From: Gammaproteobacteria bacterium | GTDB lineage: Bacteria; Pseudomonadota; Gammaproteobacteria; Eutrophobiales; Eutrophobiaceae | Direction of reading: 5' to 3' | DNA: 64,000 bases | NCBI GenBank assembly: GCA_963422205.2 | Contig: CAXMWX010000001.1 | Span: forward strand, 448,001 to 512,000 | Part shown: positions 51,959 to 62,522 of the stretch, piece after piece | How positions within the stretch are numbered: position 1 is the stretch's first letter | Layout: each line of letters begins with the position of its first letter | Notes under the pieces: generated by a model | What the model saw: the letters and a program-made list of their open reading frames with translations, nothing else | What the model was told of the DNA's origin: nothing | Database searches by the model: none | Program-made: the position numbers and the translations under genes

Positions 51959-52969
51959 ATGAAGACGGCAGTCCGTGTTACGGCACCTGCCCGCCTGCAC
52001 CTGGGGTTTTTGGATTTGAACGGTGGGATGGGCAGGCGTTTTGGCAGTATCGGTGTGGGCATACAAGGCATCGCTACTCGTCTTCGGCTGCACCACAGCC
52101 GGGAGGTACGCATCATCGGGGCAGATGATCATGGCCTGGTTGAGGCTGTCCGCCGTTTGCTGGATCACTTCGCCATCAAGACCGGTGTGGCGGTACAGGT
52201 GGAACAGCAGATCCCCGCCCATCAGGGTTTGGGCTCTGGCACACAGATGGCGCTGGCGCTGGGGGTGGCGATAAGCCGTTTGTTTGGTATACACGCCAGG
52301 GTTGAACACATCGCTGCGGCCATGGGCCGGGGCCGGCGCTCCGGTATTGGTATCGGCGTGTTCAACCATGGCGGTTTTATTGTGGACAGCGGCCGGGCTG
52401 GGCGGCAGGCTGTGCCTTGCGTGATCTCGCATTTGCCGTTTCCAGAGGGCTGGCCGTTTGCACTGATAGGCGATAGCTCGGTGAGGGGGATCAGCGGCCT
52501 TGCCGAGACCGATGCCTTCGCTGCATTGCCCGCTATCGGCGGTGATTTGGCCGCCGAAGTCTGCCGTCTGGTGCTGATGCAGACCCTGCCTGGCATTATC
52601 GAAAGGGACTGTGTACAGTTTGGCCGCTCGGTCAGCCGGATACAGCAGATTTATGGCGAGTACTTCAGGCCGGCACAAGGCGGCGCCTATGCCAGCGAGC
52701 GGGTAGCGCAGGCGGTGGGGTTTTTGCAGGCTAGGGGGGCAACCGGTGGCGGGCAGACTTCCTGGGGGCCGACAGGTTTTGCGATCTTCCCCGATCAGAT
52801 AACAGCACAACGTGCGCTCACTGAGCTTGCCGGGCAGAGCGGTGCGGACAGCACGCTGCATGTGCAATTAACGGCGGCTGAAAACAGGCCGGCGCGTATC
52901 CACAGCGAGCCGGATGATTCTGGTAACAGAGCGGCTAACAGGGTTGCACAGGTAAAGACTCATGAATAA
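51959..52969 (+). CDS. mptG: Beta-ribofuranosylaminobenzene 5'-phosphate synthase
   Basis: PARLHLGFLDL, HQGLGSGTQ, RSGIG, QTSWGPT. Confidence 0.93.
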   Translation: MKTAVRVTAPARLHLGFLDLNGGMGRRFGSIGVGIQGIATRLRLHHSREVRIIGADDHGLVEAVRRLLDHFAIKTGVAVQVEQQIPAHQGLGSGTQMALALGVAISRLFGIHARVEHIAAAMGRGRRSGIGIGVFNHGGFIVDSGRAGRQAVPCVISHLPFPEGWPFALIGDSSVRGISGLAETDAFAALPAIGGDLAAEVCRLVLMQTLPGIIERDCVQFGRSVSRIQQIYGEYFRPAQGGAYASERVAQAVGFLQARGATGGGQTSWGPTGFAIFPDQITAQRALTELAGQSGADSTLHVQLTAAENRPARIHSEPDDSGNRAANRVAQVKTHE

Positions 52970-53978
52970 ACCAGAGACAGTAGAAATAACGGCCGCTGCC
53001 CTCACCGCATTGCCCAGTATTAATGCGTTGTCTAACCAGCGTATCGCTGACTTGCTGGCGGCCCGGCAGGCATGTCGTCTGTCAGTCACCACCCTGGCCG
53101 GCGGGACGACATTGATTGATGCCGGGATTGACGTACCGGGCGGCCTTGAGGCAGGTCGTCAGATCGCCGAGATCTGCATGGGCGGGCTTGGCTCGGTGTC
53201 ATTGCGTGCCGCCAGTGCTGGCGAGCGGTGGTGCTGGTATGTCGATGTACACAGCAATCATCCGGTGCTGGCTTGCCTCGCCAGCCAGTATGCCGGCTGG
53301 CAGTTAGCCTGTGGTGAAGGTGAACAGGCATTTAACGCCCTCGGCTCTGGCCCCGGCAGGGCGCTTGGCAGCAAGGAGGCGTTATTTGACGAGCTGGCTT
53401 ACCGGGACCGGGCAGATAAGACATCGCTGGTGCTGGAAGTCGGTAAGGTGCCGCCGTCAGCGCTGATCGAAGAGATCGCCGCGGCATGTCAGGTTGAACC
53501 TGCCGGATTGACCTTGATCCTCACGCCCACCTTGAGCTTGGCCGGCAGCGTACAGATCGTTGCCCGGGTGTTGGAGACGGCGCTGCACAAAGCCCATGAA
53601 CTGGGTTTTCCACTGGATCAGATCGTGGATGGCATGGGCAGTGCGCCGCTGTGTCCGCCTGCCGGTGATTTTTTAACTGGCATGAGCCGGGCCAACGATG
53701 CCATTTTGTTTGCCGGTCAGGTACAGTTGTTTGTGGCAGCGGATGATGTAGCGTGTGAGCACCTGGCAGCACGCCTGCCCAGCAGCACATCGCCTGATTA
53801 TGGGCGGCCGTTTGCCGAGGTCTTCAAGGCGGTGGACTATGATTTCTATCGGGTCGATCCCATGCTGTTCAGCCCGGCAAAGGTGACCGTGAGTTCGCTC
53901 AACACTGGCCACAGTTTTCATGCCGGGAGGCTCGATATCGATTTGCTGGATCACTCATTCAGCCAGACTTTCAGTTGA
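52962..53978 (+). CDS. mch: Methenyl-H4MPT cyclohydrolase
   Basis: ACLASQYAGW, GSGPGRA, QIVARVLE, DPMLFSPA. Confidence 0.96.
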   Translation: MNKPETVEITAAALTALPSINALSNQRIADLLAARQACRLSVTTLAGGTTLIDAGIDVPGGLEAGRQIAEICMGGLGSVSLRAASAGERWCWYVDVHSNHPVLACLASQYAGWQLACGEGEQAFNALGSGPGRALGSKEALFDELAYRDRADKTSLVLEVGKVPPSALIEEIAAACQVEPAGLTLILTPTLSLAGSVQIVARVLETALHKAHELGFPLDQIVDGMGSAPLCPPAGDFLTGMSRANDAILFAGQVQLFVAADDVACEHLAARLPSSTSPDYGRPFAEVFKAVDYDFYRVDPMLFSPAKVTVSSLNTGHSFHAGRLDIDLLDHSFSQTFS

Positions 53979-54000
53979 TGTAAGGCCGGGCAGGGTGGCG

Positions 54001-54846
54001 GTGAGCGGCTCCTTGCAGGATAGGGTGTTTAGCAGTTTTATCATGGAAATCAAGGCGTTGAAACCCGGCAATGTGAGCCGCTACTGTGCCGGGCATGGTA
54101 TGGCGTATGCGGATTTTTATCGCAGTGCCGAGTTGGTCAGTCCTATCCTGTGCGATCCGGCATCATCGATGGGCGAGCGCTTGTTGCAGGCTGTGGAGGT
54201 GACCATGACCGAGGTCGGCTGCAATACCAACTTAGGTATGTTGCTGCTGTTTCTGCCCATTATTCGGGTATACGAACAGCGAGTGCCGCCGCCCGGGGCC
54301 TGGTCGGCCCGCCTTCATGCGCTTGTGGTTGGGGTGCAGGCAGCGGAATCGGCTTTGTTTTTTGCCGCTATCGGCCGGGCGAATCCGGGCGGCCTGGGTA
54401 CGGTTGAGCGCTATGATGTGACTAAAAAACCGTCAGTTACGCTGTCAACAGCCATGCAGGCGGCCAGGGACAGGGACTGGATAGCTGCCCAGTATTGCAA
54501 TGGCTATGCCCAGGTGCTTGATTTTGGACTTTCTGCTCTTAATGACTACGTTCAGCGTTGGAATAGTGTAGAATGGGCGACTGTGGGCTGTTATCTTTCC
54601 TATATGGCGACGCTGAATGACTCGCATATTGTCAGGAAATCCGGTCTGCTTGTGGCAGAGCAGACAAGACAGCAGGCGGCGCCGGTTTTAGCCCAGTTTG
54701 ATAATTATAACAATCCAGAGCGGGCAGCAGATCTGTTACTGGCGTTCGATAAAACACTTAAAAGAGCAGGCATTAATCCTGGCACCAGTGCTGATCTGAC
54801 GGCCGCCACGCTGCTGCTGTATCAGTTGGGTGTCAGACCGTTTTAA
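54001..54846 (+). CDS. CitG-like Orf7 of H4MPT clusters
   Basis: [25 protein letters not shown]; start approximate. Confidence 0.88.
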   Translation: MSGSLQDRVFSSFIMEIKALKPGNVSRYCAGHGMAYADFYRSAELVSPILCDPASSMGERLLQAVEVTMTEVGCNTNLGMLLLFLPIIRVYEQRVPPPGAWSARLHALVVGVQAAESALFFAAIGRANPGGLGTVERYDVTKKPSVTLSTAMQAARDRDWIAAQYCNGYAQVLDFGLSALNDYVQRWNSVEWATVGCYLSYMATLNDSHIVRKSGLLVAEQTRQQAAPVLAQFDNYNNPERAADLLLAFDKTLKRAGINPGTSADLTAATLLLYQLGVRPF

Positions 54847-54914
54847 TCTGTAGTATGACCCGGGCATTTGCCCTCGATAAAAACCTTGAAGTTTCTAACA
54901 GGAGGAGACGAAAA

Positions 54915-55427
54915 ATGGCAGTAGTAGATAAAGTACTTGTAGGTGAGGCATTGGTGGGTGAGGGCAATGAAGTTGCTCATATCGATCTGATTATGGGGCC
55001 TCGAGGGAGTGCTGCTGAGACGGCAGCATGTAATGCACTGACCAATAACAAAGATGGTTTTACCTCACTCTTGGCGGTGGTCTCGCCCAACCTGGCCTGT
55101 AAACCCACCACGGTGATGTTTAACAAGGTGACGATTAAAGGCGCAACACAGGCGGTGCAGATGTTCGGCCCGGCCCAGCGCGCTGTCTCAATGGCGGTGA
55201 TGGATTGTGTGGAAGATGGCACTATCCCGGCCGATGAGGCGGATGATATTTATGTCTGTGTCGGGGTGTTTATCCACTGGCTGGCTGAGGATGATGCCAA
55301 GATTCAGGATTATAACTATGAAGCCACCAAGCTCTCTATCAAGCGGGCTGTGGCGGGCGAGCCGAAGGCCTCTGAGGTGTTGAGCAAGCGCGGCGATGCC
55401 GATCATCCTTTCCAGGCACACTCCTAG
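54915..55427 (+). CDS. fae: Formaldehyde-activating enzyme
   Basis: [36 protein letters not shown]. Confidence 0.97.
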   Translation: MAVVDKVLVGEALVGEGNEVAHIDLIMGPRGSAAETAACNALTNNKDGFTSLLAVVSPNLACKPTTVMFNKVTIKGATQAVQMFGPAQRAVSMAVMDCVEDGTIPADEADDIYVCVGVFIHWLAEDDAKIQDYNYEATKLSIKRAVAGEPKASEVLSKRGDADHPFQAHS

Positions 55428-55483
55428 GGCGCACGCTTGTAAGGACACCCCGGCGTTGTTGCCAGCATTGTTGTTAAGGGTAG

Positions 55484-55514
55484 AAGGGACGGGCGTTATG
55501 CTCGTCCCTTTTTA
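55484..55514 (+). terminator. Rho-independent terminator after fae
   Basis: AAGGGACGGGC-GTTAT-GCTCGTCCCTT plus T run. Confidence 0.8.
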
Positions 55515-55517
55515 TTT

Positions 55518-55547
55518 GGGGTTAAGGACAGGGGGGTTAAGGACAGG
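55518..55547. repeat. 15-bp tandem duplication (GGGGTTAAGGACAGG)x2
   Basis: Read directly. Confidence 0.85.
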
Positions 55548-55553
55548 CGTGTT

Positions 55554-56252
55554 TTATCCGCTGCTCTCCAGTGCTGTGATCTCAGCCGGTGTGAGGCGCA
55601 TCTCATGCAGGCAGGTGCCAACCAAGGCCCCGGCCGCTGCCTGTTGTTGCAGCCGCCAGAGGTCTTCATAGCCTCGCACACCGCCGGCCATAAAGAGTCT
55701 TTTGCCGGTCTGTTTCAGCGCTGCCAGCCTTGCCAGGTCCGGCCCGTTGCGACTGCCGACAGCGTCCATGCACATCACAATGATCTCATCGGTGAGCCCC
55801 GGCTTTAGTTCGGCCAGGGCATAGGATCCGAGCAACTCGCCGTTGCGGTAATCCAGCGACAGGATGCAGTCAAAGCGATGGCATAGCCTCTGGTAGGTGC
55901 TGAGTTGGAAATCTGTCTCTGTACCCAGCACGATGCTGACCCGCCGGGGGAAATCGACATACAGCCTGTGCGGGTAGTCATGTCGCCCGGCATCCAGCCA
56001 GAGCTGAATTGCCGGATACGCCTGAAGCAGGTCACGGATGGGCAGATAGTTATCGCCAGTGTTGCTTAATGCATCAAGATCGGCGATATAAATCCGGGAA
56101 AAACAGTAATAGTTCAGATAAGCGGCCACCAGATGGTGTATGTCAGCGCTGGGACAGAGCCGACTGTTGACCGGCTGGTAGTGGTCACGTTCCCCTGGCA
56201 TCGCCTGCACCGCCTGTTGCTGCCTGATGTCAATGACAGGAATGATTTGCAT
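55554..56252 (-). CDS. HisA/HisF-related TIM barrel (Orf17 of H4MPT clusters)
   Basis: IIPVIDI, YIADLDA, WLDAG, AGGVRG. Confidence 0.88.
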   Translation of the reverse strand: MQIIPVIDIRQQQAVQAMPGERDHYQPVNSRLCPSADIHHLVAAYLNYYCFSRIYIADLDALSNTGDNYLPIRDLLQAYPAIQLWLDAGRHDYPHRLYVDFPRRVSIVLGTETDFQLSTYQRLCHRFDCILSLDYRNGELLGSYALAELKPGLTDEIIVMCMDAVGSRNGPDLARLAALKQTGKRLFMAGGVRGYEDLWRLQQQAAAGALVGTCLHEMRLTPAEITALESSG

Positions 56253-56297
56253 ATTCGGGGTATATACTGATCAGATGTGCATAGTGTACCTGCCGAG

Positions 56298-57362
56298 ATG
56301 ACAGAGCAAGCCATCATCGCCTGGGATATTGGTGGGGCGCATTTGAAGGTGGCGAGCCTTGAAAGCGGACGCCTTGCGGCAACCTGGCAGTACGCCACGC
56401 CCTTGTGGCAGGGGCTGTCTGTGCTGGATCAGGCAATCGCTGAGATAAAACAGCAAGTCGAATCGGCTGTCTGTACCCATGTCGTGACCATGACGGGCGA
56501 GCTGGTCGATGTGTTCAAACACCGCTACCAGGGCGTCGCAGAGATTATAAAGCACCTTGCGAACAGCCATGATAGTGGCAGCCATACGTTTGTTTATGCC
56601 GGTCGCCATGGTTTTGTGACAGCAGAGAAAAGCGCTCGGTATTATGCCGATATTGCCTCGGCGAACTGGCATGCCACCGCATCATTGCTGTCCCGAGCGC
56701 TGGTTTCAGGGTATCTGATCGATATCGGTACCACCACCACGGACATCATTCCATTTCATGCAGGACAGGTATGTCATCAGGGCTACACCGATCAACAGCG
56801 CATGCGTACGGATGAGCTGATCTATACCGGCGTGGTGCGTACCCCGGTGATGGCTATCGTTGATCGGGTGTTGTTTCAGGGCCAATGGCAGTCGCTTGCC
56901 GCCGAGTGCTTTGCCACCATGGCAGATGTCTACCGGCTGACGGGCGAGCTGGCGGAGCAATGTGATGTCTTGCCGACGGCCGATGGGGCGGGCAAGAGGT
57001 TGGCCGATAGCCGCCGCCGCCTGGCCAGGATGTTAGGTACCGATGTCGAAGATGACAGCACACCCGGGCAGTGGCAGGCGTTGGCACATTTCATTGCCGG
57101 CAAGCAGTATGGGCGGGTGGCGGCAGGTTTCTCGCAGGTCAAGTCCCGGCAACAGCACGTTGCTGACTGTATCGTTGCGGCCGGTGCCGGTGCTTTTCTG
57201 GTGGATAAACTGGCGCAGGAGCATGGCTGCAGGCTGTATGCGTTTGAGGACATCGTTGCATCAGGCAATCTACACGGGGGCAAGCTGCACGAGATGGCAA
57301 CGCCTAATTGCGCCAGCGCCATCGCATTGGCACAGTTATTTCACGCCTGTAACACCCCATGA
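56298..57362 (+). CDS. Hydantoinase/oxoprolinase-like Orf9 (MfnF-like, methanofuran synthesis)
   Basis: WDIGGAHLK, TMTGELVD, SANWHA, DIGTTTTDI. Confidence 0.9.
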   Translation: MTEQAIIAWDIGGAHLKVASLESGRLAATWQYATPLWQGLSVLDQAIAEIKQQVESAVCTHVVTMTGELVDVFKHRYQGVAEIIKHLANSHDSGSHTFVYAGRHGFVTAEKSARYYADIASANWHATASLLSRALVSGYLIDIGTTTTDIIPFHAGQVCHQGYTDQQRMRTDELIYTGVVRTPVMAIVDRVLFQGQWQSLAAECFATMADVYRLTGELAEQCDVLPTADGAGKRLADSRRRLARMLGTDVEDDSTPGQWQALAHFIAGKQYGRVAAGFSQVKSRQQHVADCIVAAGAGAFLVDKLAQEHGCRLYAFEDIVASGNLHGGKLHEMATPNCASAIALAQLFHACNTP

Positions 57363-58732
57363 AAATATCGGAATTACCCTATAGCAGAGACAGCGTCTCG
57401 TTATTTAACAGCATAGCGGCGGAGGAGTGGGCGGTGTTTCTTGATAGCGGTTATCCGATGATAGATCGTGGCCGCTATGACATTCTTGCCGCCCGCCCGT
57501 GGAAGACGCTGACCACCTGCGGCAGGCAAACGACTATCGTGGTTGGGGATAAATGCCGCCTTAGCCATGTCGACCCATTTCATCTGATTGCACAACACCT
57601 GGGCACGGCACAGCGCAACCTGTCCGGGTTGCCGTTCTGCGGGGGGGTGCTGGGGTATTTTTCCTATGATCTTGGCCGATGTATAGAGACCCTGCCAGTG
57701 CAGGCGGAAGATGATATTGCCCTGCCTGATATGGCGATCGGTTTTTATGACTGGTGTGTGATTGTCGATCATCATCGCCGGCGTTCCTGGCTGTATGGGG
57801 TGGGGCAATCTGACCGGACTTTTGCCGAATGGGGCGAGTTACAGGCATTGTTCAACAGCCATACCCGCCCGGTCACCCCGACACAACCCATCGATGCCGA
57901 TATCGTGGCACAAACAAGCAAACAACAATACGCCCGGGCATTTAACAAGATAAAACACTATATCCATGAAGGCGACTGTTACCAGGTGAATCTGGCACAG
58001 CGCTTCTCGGCCACGGTCAGGGAGGATCCCTGGACAGTCTATCAGCACCTGCGCCAGTCCAATCCGGCGCCATTCGCCGCCTATATGCGCCTCGCCGATC
58101 ATGCGGTGTTAAGCTCATCGCCCGAGCGGTTCATCGCCGTTACCGATCGCCTGGTGGAAGCCAAACCCATCAAGGGCACGGTAAGACGTTCCAATTTTGC
58201 CTACGAAGACAAGGCGCTGGCCGAGCAGTTACTGGAGAGCGAAAAAGACCGGGCGGAGAATTTGATGATCGTTGATCTGTTACGCAATGACATCGGCAAG
58301 AGTTGTGCAGTTGGTAGTATCAACGTGCCTCGCTTGTTTGCGCTGGAGAGCTACGCCAGTGTCCATCATCTGGTGAGCACCGTATCAGGCCGGCTGGATG
58401 CGAATAAATCGGTGCTAGACCTGCTGCGGGGGGCGTTTCCGGGCGGCTCTATTACCGGTGCGCCGAAGCGACGGGCGATGGAGATCATCGAGGAGCTGGA
58501 ACCGTCTCGTCGAAAAATCTACTGCGGTGCTATCGGCTATATTGGTCTGGATGGAAACATGGATACCAACATCGCTATCCGCACCATGATCCAGAAGGCA
58601 GACCGGCTGTATTACTGGGCCGGCGGCGGCATTGTTGCTGATTCTGATCTGGACAGTGAATACCAGGAATGCTTTGCCAAGGCCGCCGCCATGGCCGGGG
58701 TTTTTCGATGCAGCGATATCCGGTATGGGTAG
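57359..58732 (+). CDS. pabB: Aminodeoxychorismate synthase component I
   Basis: GDCYQVNL, SSSPERF, KPIKGT, AENLMIVDL, SITGAPK. Confidence 0.95.
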   Translation: MKISELPYSRDSVSLFNSIAAEEWAVFLDSGYPMIDRGRYDILAARPWKTLTTCGRQTTIVVGDKCRLSHVDPFHLIAQHLGTAQRNLSGLPFCGGVLGYFSYDLGRCIETLPVQAEDDIALPDMAIGFYDWCVIVDHHRRRSWLYGVGQSDRTFAEWGELQALFNSHTRPVTPTQPIDADIVAQTSKQQYARAFNKIKHYIHEGDCYQVNLAQRFSATVREDPWTVYQHLRQSNPAPFAAYMRLADHAVLSSSPERFIAVTDRLVEAKPIKGTVRRSNFAYEDKALAEQLLESEKDRAENLMIVDLLRNDIGKSCAVGSINVPRLFALESYASVHHLVSTVSGRLDANKSVLDLLRGAFPGGSITGAPKRRAMEIIEELEPSRRKIYCGAIGYIGLDGNMDTNIAIRTMIQKADRLYYWAGGGIVADSDLDSEYQECFAKAAAMAGVFRCSDIRYG

Positions 58733-59337
58733 TTAAGCTGGGCGGCAGCTTGGAATCTTCTTTGCCGTTGCGAGAGCTGCTGGCTCAACTCATTGTGAGC
58801 ACCGCCGGTAAGGCGGTTATCGTGCCGGGCGGGGGATGTTTTGCTGATCAGGTGCGGCAGGCGCAGTCGAAGCACCAGTTCGATGACAGCACGGCACATG
58901 CGATGGCGATTGCCGCTATGGATCAATATGGCCTGATGTTGTGTGCGTTGCATCCCCGGTTACGGCCTTTGCTTGATCTGCATGAATTACCCGGGCTGTT
59001 GCAGGGCGATCAGGTGCCGGTCTGGTTGCCTTATACCCATCGGCGGCGATTGCAAGGTGTACCGGCCACCTGGCAGGCAAGTTCAGACAGCCTCGCCCTG
59101 TGGCTGGCCGGGCAGATAGCGGATGCGGTTTTGCTGTTGCTGAAATCGACGACAGCGCCCAGTCGCTCGGTACATGAGCTGTCGAAGTCCGGCTTTCTCG
59201 ATGACCATTTCCCACGGCTCTTTGCCCGCCTCCTGCGGCCGGTGGTGTGTATCAATGCCAACACGCCGCCTGCTCTGCAAGCCGTGCTGGAAGATCCAAC
59301 CATCATCCACCAGCACTGCCTGCTGGATGGCGACTAG
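58708..59337 (+). CDS. Amino-acid kinase family Orf21 (MfnE-like)
   Basis: VVKLGGSL, VPGGGCFAD, W.ASSDSLA. Confidence 0.88.
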   Translation: MQRYPVWVVKLGGSLESSLPLRELLAQLIVSTAGKAVIVPGGGCFADQVRQAQSKHQFDDSTAHAMAIAAMDQYGLMLCALHPRLRPLLDLHELPGLLQGDQVPVWLPYTHRRRLQGVPATWQASSDSLALWLAGQIADAVLLLLKSTTAPSRSVHELSKSGFLDDHFPRLFARLLRPVVCINANTPPALQAVLEDPTIIHQHCLLDGD

Positions 59338-59433
59338 GATCACCTGCTTCCTTATCTTGGCCGGTGTTATCGACCTGTCGCTTGCGTGCGGCTTAACGCT
59401 GACTTCGACTTTGGGCGGTCTTTGGCGGTCATG

Positions 59434-60156
59434 TTAATCACCCTCAATCAGGGTATGCAGCTTCTGGCCAATCTGGTCAAGAAGCCCAAACCAGTTTGGA
59501 TCGTTGGTCATTAAGACTTTGGGTGTACGCGGAATAACGCCATCGTCGCTGGCAATACTGGCAGGCAAACATACACGCCAATCATCATAGGTGCATCTAC
59601 GTAATTCTGCGTTTGACTCAACGCCATAATACGCTTTAAGCCACCGCAGGGCATCAGTGTCCTGGATTAAAGGTAAGCCACGGTCAAGAGACTTCCTGCG
59701 AAAAATCGAGTTAGATACATTGCATAGCAAAACATCAAAGTCGCCTGCTAGGTAACGGTCATTATGCTTTCTGCTCAAATGGCTTCTTGATTTGTGGCAT
59801 TTGACGGTAAAATGCGGGCCTGGCGTTCTGTGGGTGCCTGTCTTGAAGCTACCACGCACCGCATTCTTGGTCTCGGCCTTCAAACGCCTTCCCGTCCTTC
59901 GATAAGTTATGCTTACGTCCTCATCTATCGATCCTGGTTGCGGGTTTAGATTCAGCTTATCAACTGACCAGTCTCTCCGATCAAGGGATTGTTTGAGTAC
60001 CACCGCCCCGATATATTCGGTGGCTTTGCCCCGTATCATCGGCAGGACTTTCTGATCCTCCAGAATATTTATCAGATTTTCCAGAGGAATATTATAGGTT
60101 GAACAGTATTCCTGAATGCTGCGATAGACGTGCAAGGCAGCGTTTTGATCAGACAT
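59434..60156 (-). CDS. Putative type II restriction endonuclease (PD-(D/E)xK-like)
   Basis: DEDV..AETKN candidate motif; start overlaps the MTase stop. Confidence 0.65.
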   Translation of the reverse strand: MSDQNAALHVYRSIQEYCSTYNIPLENLINILEDQKVLPMIRGKATEYIGAVVLKQSLDRRDWSVDKLNLNPQPGSIDEDVSITYRRTGRRLKAETKNAVRGSFKTGTHRTPGPHFTVKCHKSRSHLSRKHNDRYLAGDFDVLLCNVSNSIFRRKSLDRGLPLIQDTDALRWLKAYYGVESNAELRRCTYDDWRVCLPASIASDDGVIPRTPKVLMTNDPNWFGLLDQIGQKLHTLIEGD

Positions 60157-61030
60157 GATAATTGCGAATAAACACTTCCCGCCCTTTATGCCGCCCCCGT
60201 GTAAAGCCATCCTTTAACTGTAAGCCGTTGCGTTGGTCATCCGTTCTGTTAATGGTGTAATTCCAGGTGCGATTGTGGATTTCTGAAACCCATCGGTATT
60301 TTTCACGGATGGCTGCATGATCATCATAGGTCAACAAAAACAGAATACGGTGGGCGTTACGCTGCAAACACGCCGCCAGGCGGTCATGATCTTTCTCTGC
60401 AAAAGTCACGTTGTAAAATTTTTGTTGATCTGCATCATAATAAGGCGGGTCAACAAATGCGAAACAGCCATCCGGCAAGGCATCAATGATGTCTTCAAAA
60501 TCCAGTGCGGTGAGTTCCACCCCCTGCAATCGATCCGATACGGTACGCAAATGCGGCGGCCAGTTTTCAGGTCGCATTGAATATTTATGGCCATAGCCCC
60601 AGTAACAATTCTGGGGTCGCATAATGCCGGAATAAGAAGTGCGGTTTAGGTAGAACCAACGTAAAGCCCGCCCCAGCCCGCACTTGGGCTGGTAATGGTT
60701 TTTGTAGAAAGCATGGTTCTGCTTTGTGGCCGGGATGCCTTCAAGCATTGCAATTAAATCTTCAACCCTATCCCTAATCTGCCGAAGTGTATTGATTACG
60801 GCCTCATCTCGATCATTGAGCATTGATGATTGTGCTGACTGTTTGGCAAAGAACACACTTGCACCGCCACAAAAGGGTTCAGCATAGACAGCATGAGGGG
60901 GTATCTCGCCAAGGATCAAACTGCGGGCATAAAACTTACCGCCCGGATACCGGAAAGGTGAGTTTGAACGATTTGATCTCGGCAGTTGTTTCTGCACGAT
61001 GTTGTTTGCAATTATCTCCAAAGCACTCAT
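60149..61030 (-). CDS. N6-adenine DNA methyltransferase (Dam/D12 class)
   Basis: FRYPGGK, EPFCGGASV, FVDPPY. Confidence 0.93.
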   Translation of the reverse strand: MSALEIIANNIVQKQLPRSNRSNSPFRYPGGKFYARSLILGEIPPHAVYAEPFCGGASVFFAKQSAQSSMLNDRDEAVINTLRQIRDRVEDLIAMLEGIPATKQNHAFYKNHYQPKCGLGRALRWFYLNRTSYSGIMRPQNCYWGYGHKYSMRPENWPPHLRTVSDRLQGVELTALDFEDIIDALPDGCFAFVDPPYYDADQQKFYNVTFAEKDHDRLAACLQRNAHRILFLLTYDDHAAIREKYRWVSEIHNRTWNYTINRTDDQRNGLQLKDGFTRGRHKGREVFIRNYHV

Positions 61031-61155
61031 GGAAATTACGCTGTTAAATCCGTGTGCTTCACTTGCTCGATGAACTCCCCGACATAGCGACTCAGGTACT
61101 TCCCGGTCATGTGGTGGAAGGCAGCATGATGCCGGCGTCCGAAGCAGTCATTGCC

Positions 61156-62442
61156 TTAGTCCCAGTTCAAGGTCCCGCCGGTCTGATATTCGGTCACACG
61201 GGTTTCAAAGAAGTTCTTTTCTTTTTTCAGATCCATGACTTCACTCATCCAGGGGAAGGGATTGCTCGCCCCCGGATACTGTTCGGCCAAGCCAATCTGG
61301 GCACAGCGGCGGTTGGCGATGAACTGGAGGTAATCTGCAAACATATTGGCATTTAAACCCAGCACCCCTCGTGGCATGGTGTCATGGGCATAGCGGGTCT
61401 CCAGCACCACGGCTTCTCTGATGATGGTGATCATTTCCTGCTGAAATGCTGGCGTCCACAGATGGGGATTTTCGATTTTGATCTGATTGATGACATCAAT
61501 ACCAAAATTCATGTGCATGGACTCATCACGCAGAATGTACTGGAACTGTTCGGCACAGCCGGTCATTTTGTTTCTGCGTCCCATGGACAGCATCTGCACA
61601 AAGCCAACGTAGAAGAAGATGCCTTCAAAGACGATATAAAAAGCGATCAAGTCTCGCAGCAAGCGCTGATCCGCCTCGGGCGTACCGGTGTTAAAACCGG
61701 CATCCCCTAGGCTGTCGGTGAAGCGCATTGCCCAGGCCGCCTTGTCATGAATAGCAGGCACCTCACGGTACATGTTGAACACCTCGGCCTCATCCAGCCC
61801 TAAGGATTCAATACAATACTGATAGGCATGGGTGTGCAATGCTTCCTCAAAAGCCTGCCTCAGCAGGTACTGACGACACTCCGGATTGGTGATGTGCCGG
61901 TAGACCGCCAGCACCAGGTTGTTTGCCACCAGGGAATCGGCCGAGGCGAAAAACCCCAGGTTACGCTTGATGATCGTCCTCTCATCCTCACTCAGCCCAT
62001 CCGGGTTTTTCCACAGGGCAATGTCTGCTGTCATGTTGACTTCCTGCGGCATCCAGTGGTTGGCACAGGCATCCAGGTATTTCTGCCAGGCCCATTTGTA
62101 CTTGAAAGGCACGAGCTGATTCAGATCCGCCCGGCAGTTGATCATCTGCTTGTCATCAACGCTGATCCGGGCGGCGCCGAATTCGACGTTCTCCAGCCCG
62201 GTAACACCGGCATGATCGGCGCCTGGCTGCTCTGCCCGGGTGCTGGTCGGTGGCACGGGAGCAGGGGAAGGGGTGGCCGACGGTGCCACCGAATGATGCT
62301 CTGCCATGTTCGCCCGGGCCATGTTCCTCCTGGCCGTGTTGACCTGGGCCAGGGTCTGGTGGATGACTTCCGGGGCATCTGCAATCGGTGTTTTTTGCTG
62401 GCGTTTTAAGGTGGCGATGGGATCATCCCAATCAGCTAACAT
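61156..62442 (-). CDS. nrdB: Ribonucleotide reductase class Ia beta subunit
   Basis: [15 protein letters not shown] (radical Tyr), EGIFF, RDESMH, NFFETRV. Confidence 0.97.
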   Translation of the reverse strand: MLADWDDPIATLKRQQKTPIADAPEVIHQTLAQVNTARRNMARANMAEHHSVAPSATPSPAPVPPTSTRAEQPGADHAGVTGLENVEFGAARISVDDKQMINCRADLNQLVPFKYKWAWQKYLDACANHWMPQEVNMTADIALWKNPDGLSEDERTIIKRNLGFFASADSLVANNLVLAVYRHITNPECRQYLLRQAFEEALHTHAYQYCIESLGLDEAEVFNMYREVPAIHDKAAWAMRFTDSLGDAGFNTGTPEADQRLLRDLIAFYIVFEGIFFYVGFVQMLSMGRRNKMTGCAEQFQYILRDESMHMNFGIDVINQIKIENPHLWTPAFQQEMITIIREAVVLETRYAHDTMPRGVLGLNANMFADYLQFIANRRCAQIGLAEQYPGASNPFPWMSEVMDLKKEKNFFETRVTEYQTGGTLNWD

Positions 62443-62522
62443 AGTCTCTCTCCTCCGGTTTTTATCCGGTGTTGTTGTTGCTTGTTTCTCTGTGCGGCTT
62501 GGTATTATTTTGCTGGTTTATT

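Noticed and set aside
62200-62442. Pro/Ala-rich N-terminal extension of NrdB as a novel domain
   Set aside because: Low-complexity extensions are common in this NrdB subgroup; no ATP-cone or intein motif seen
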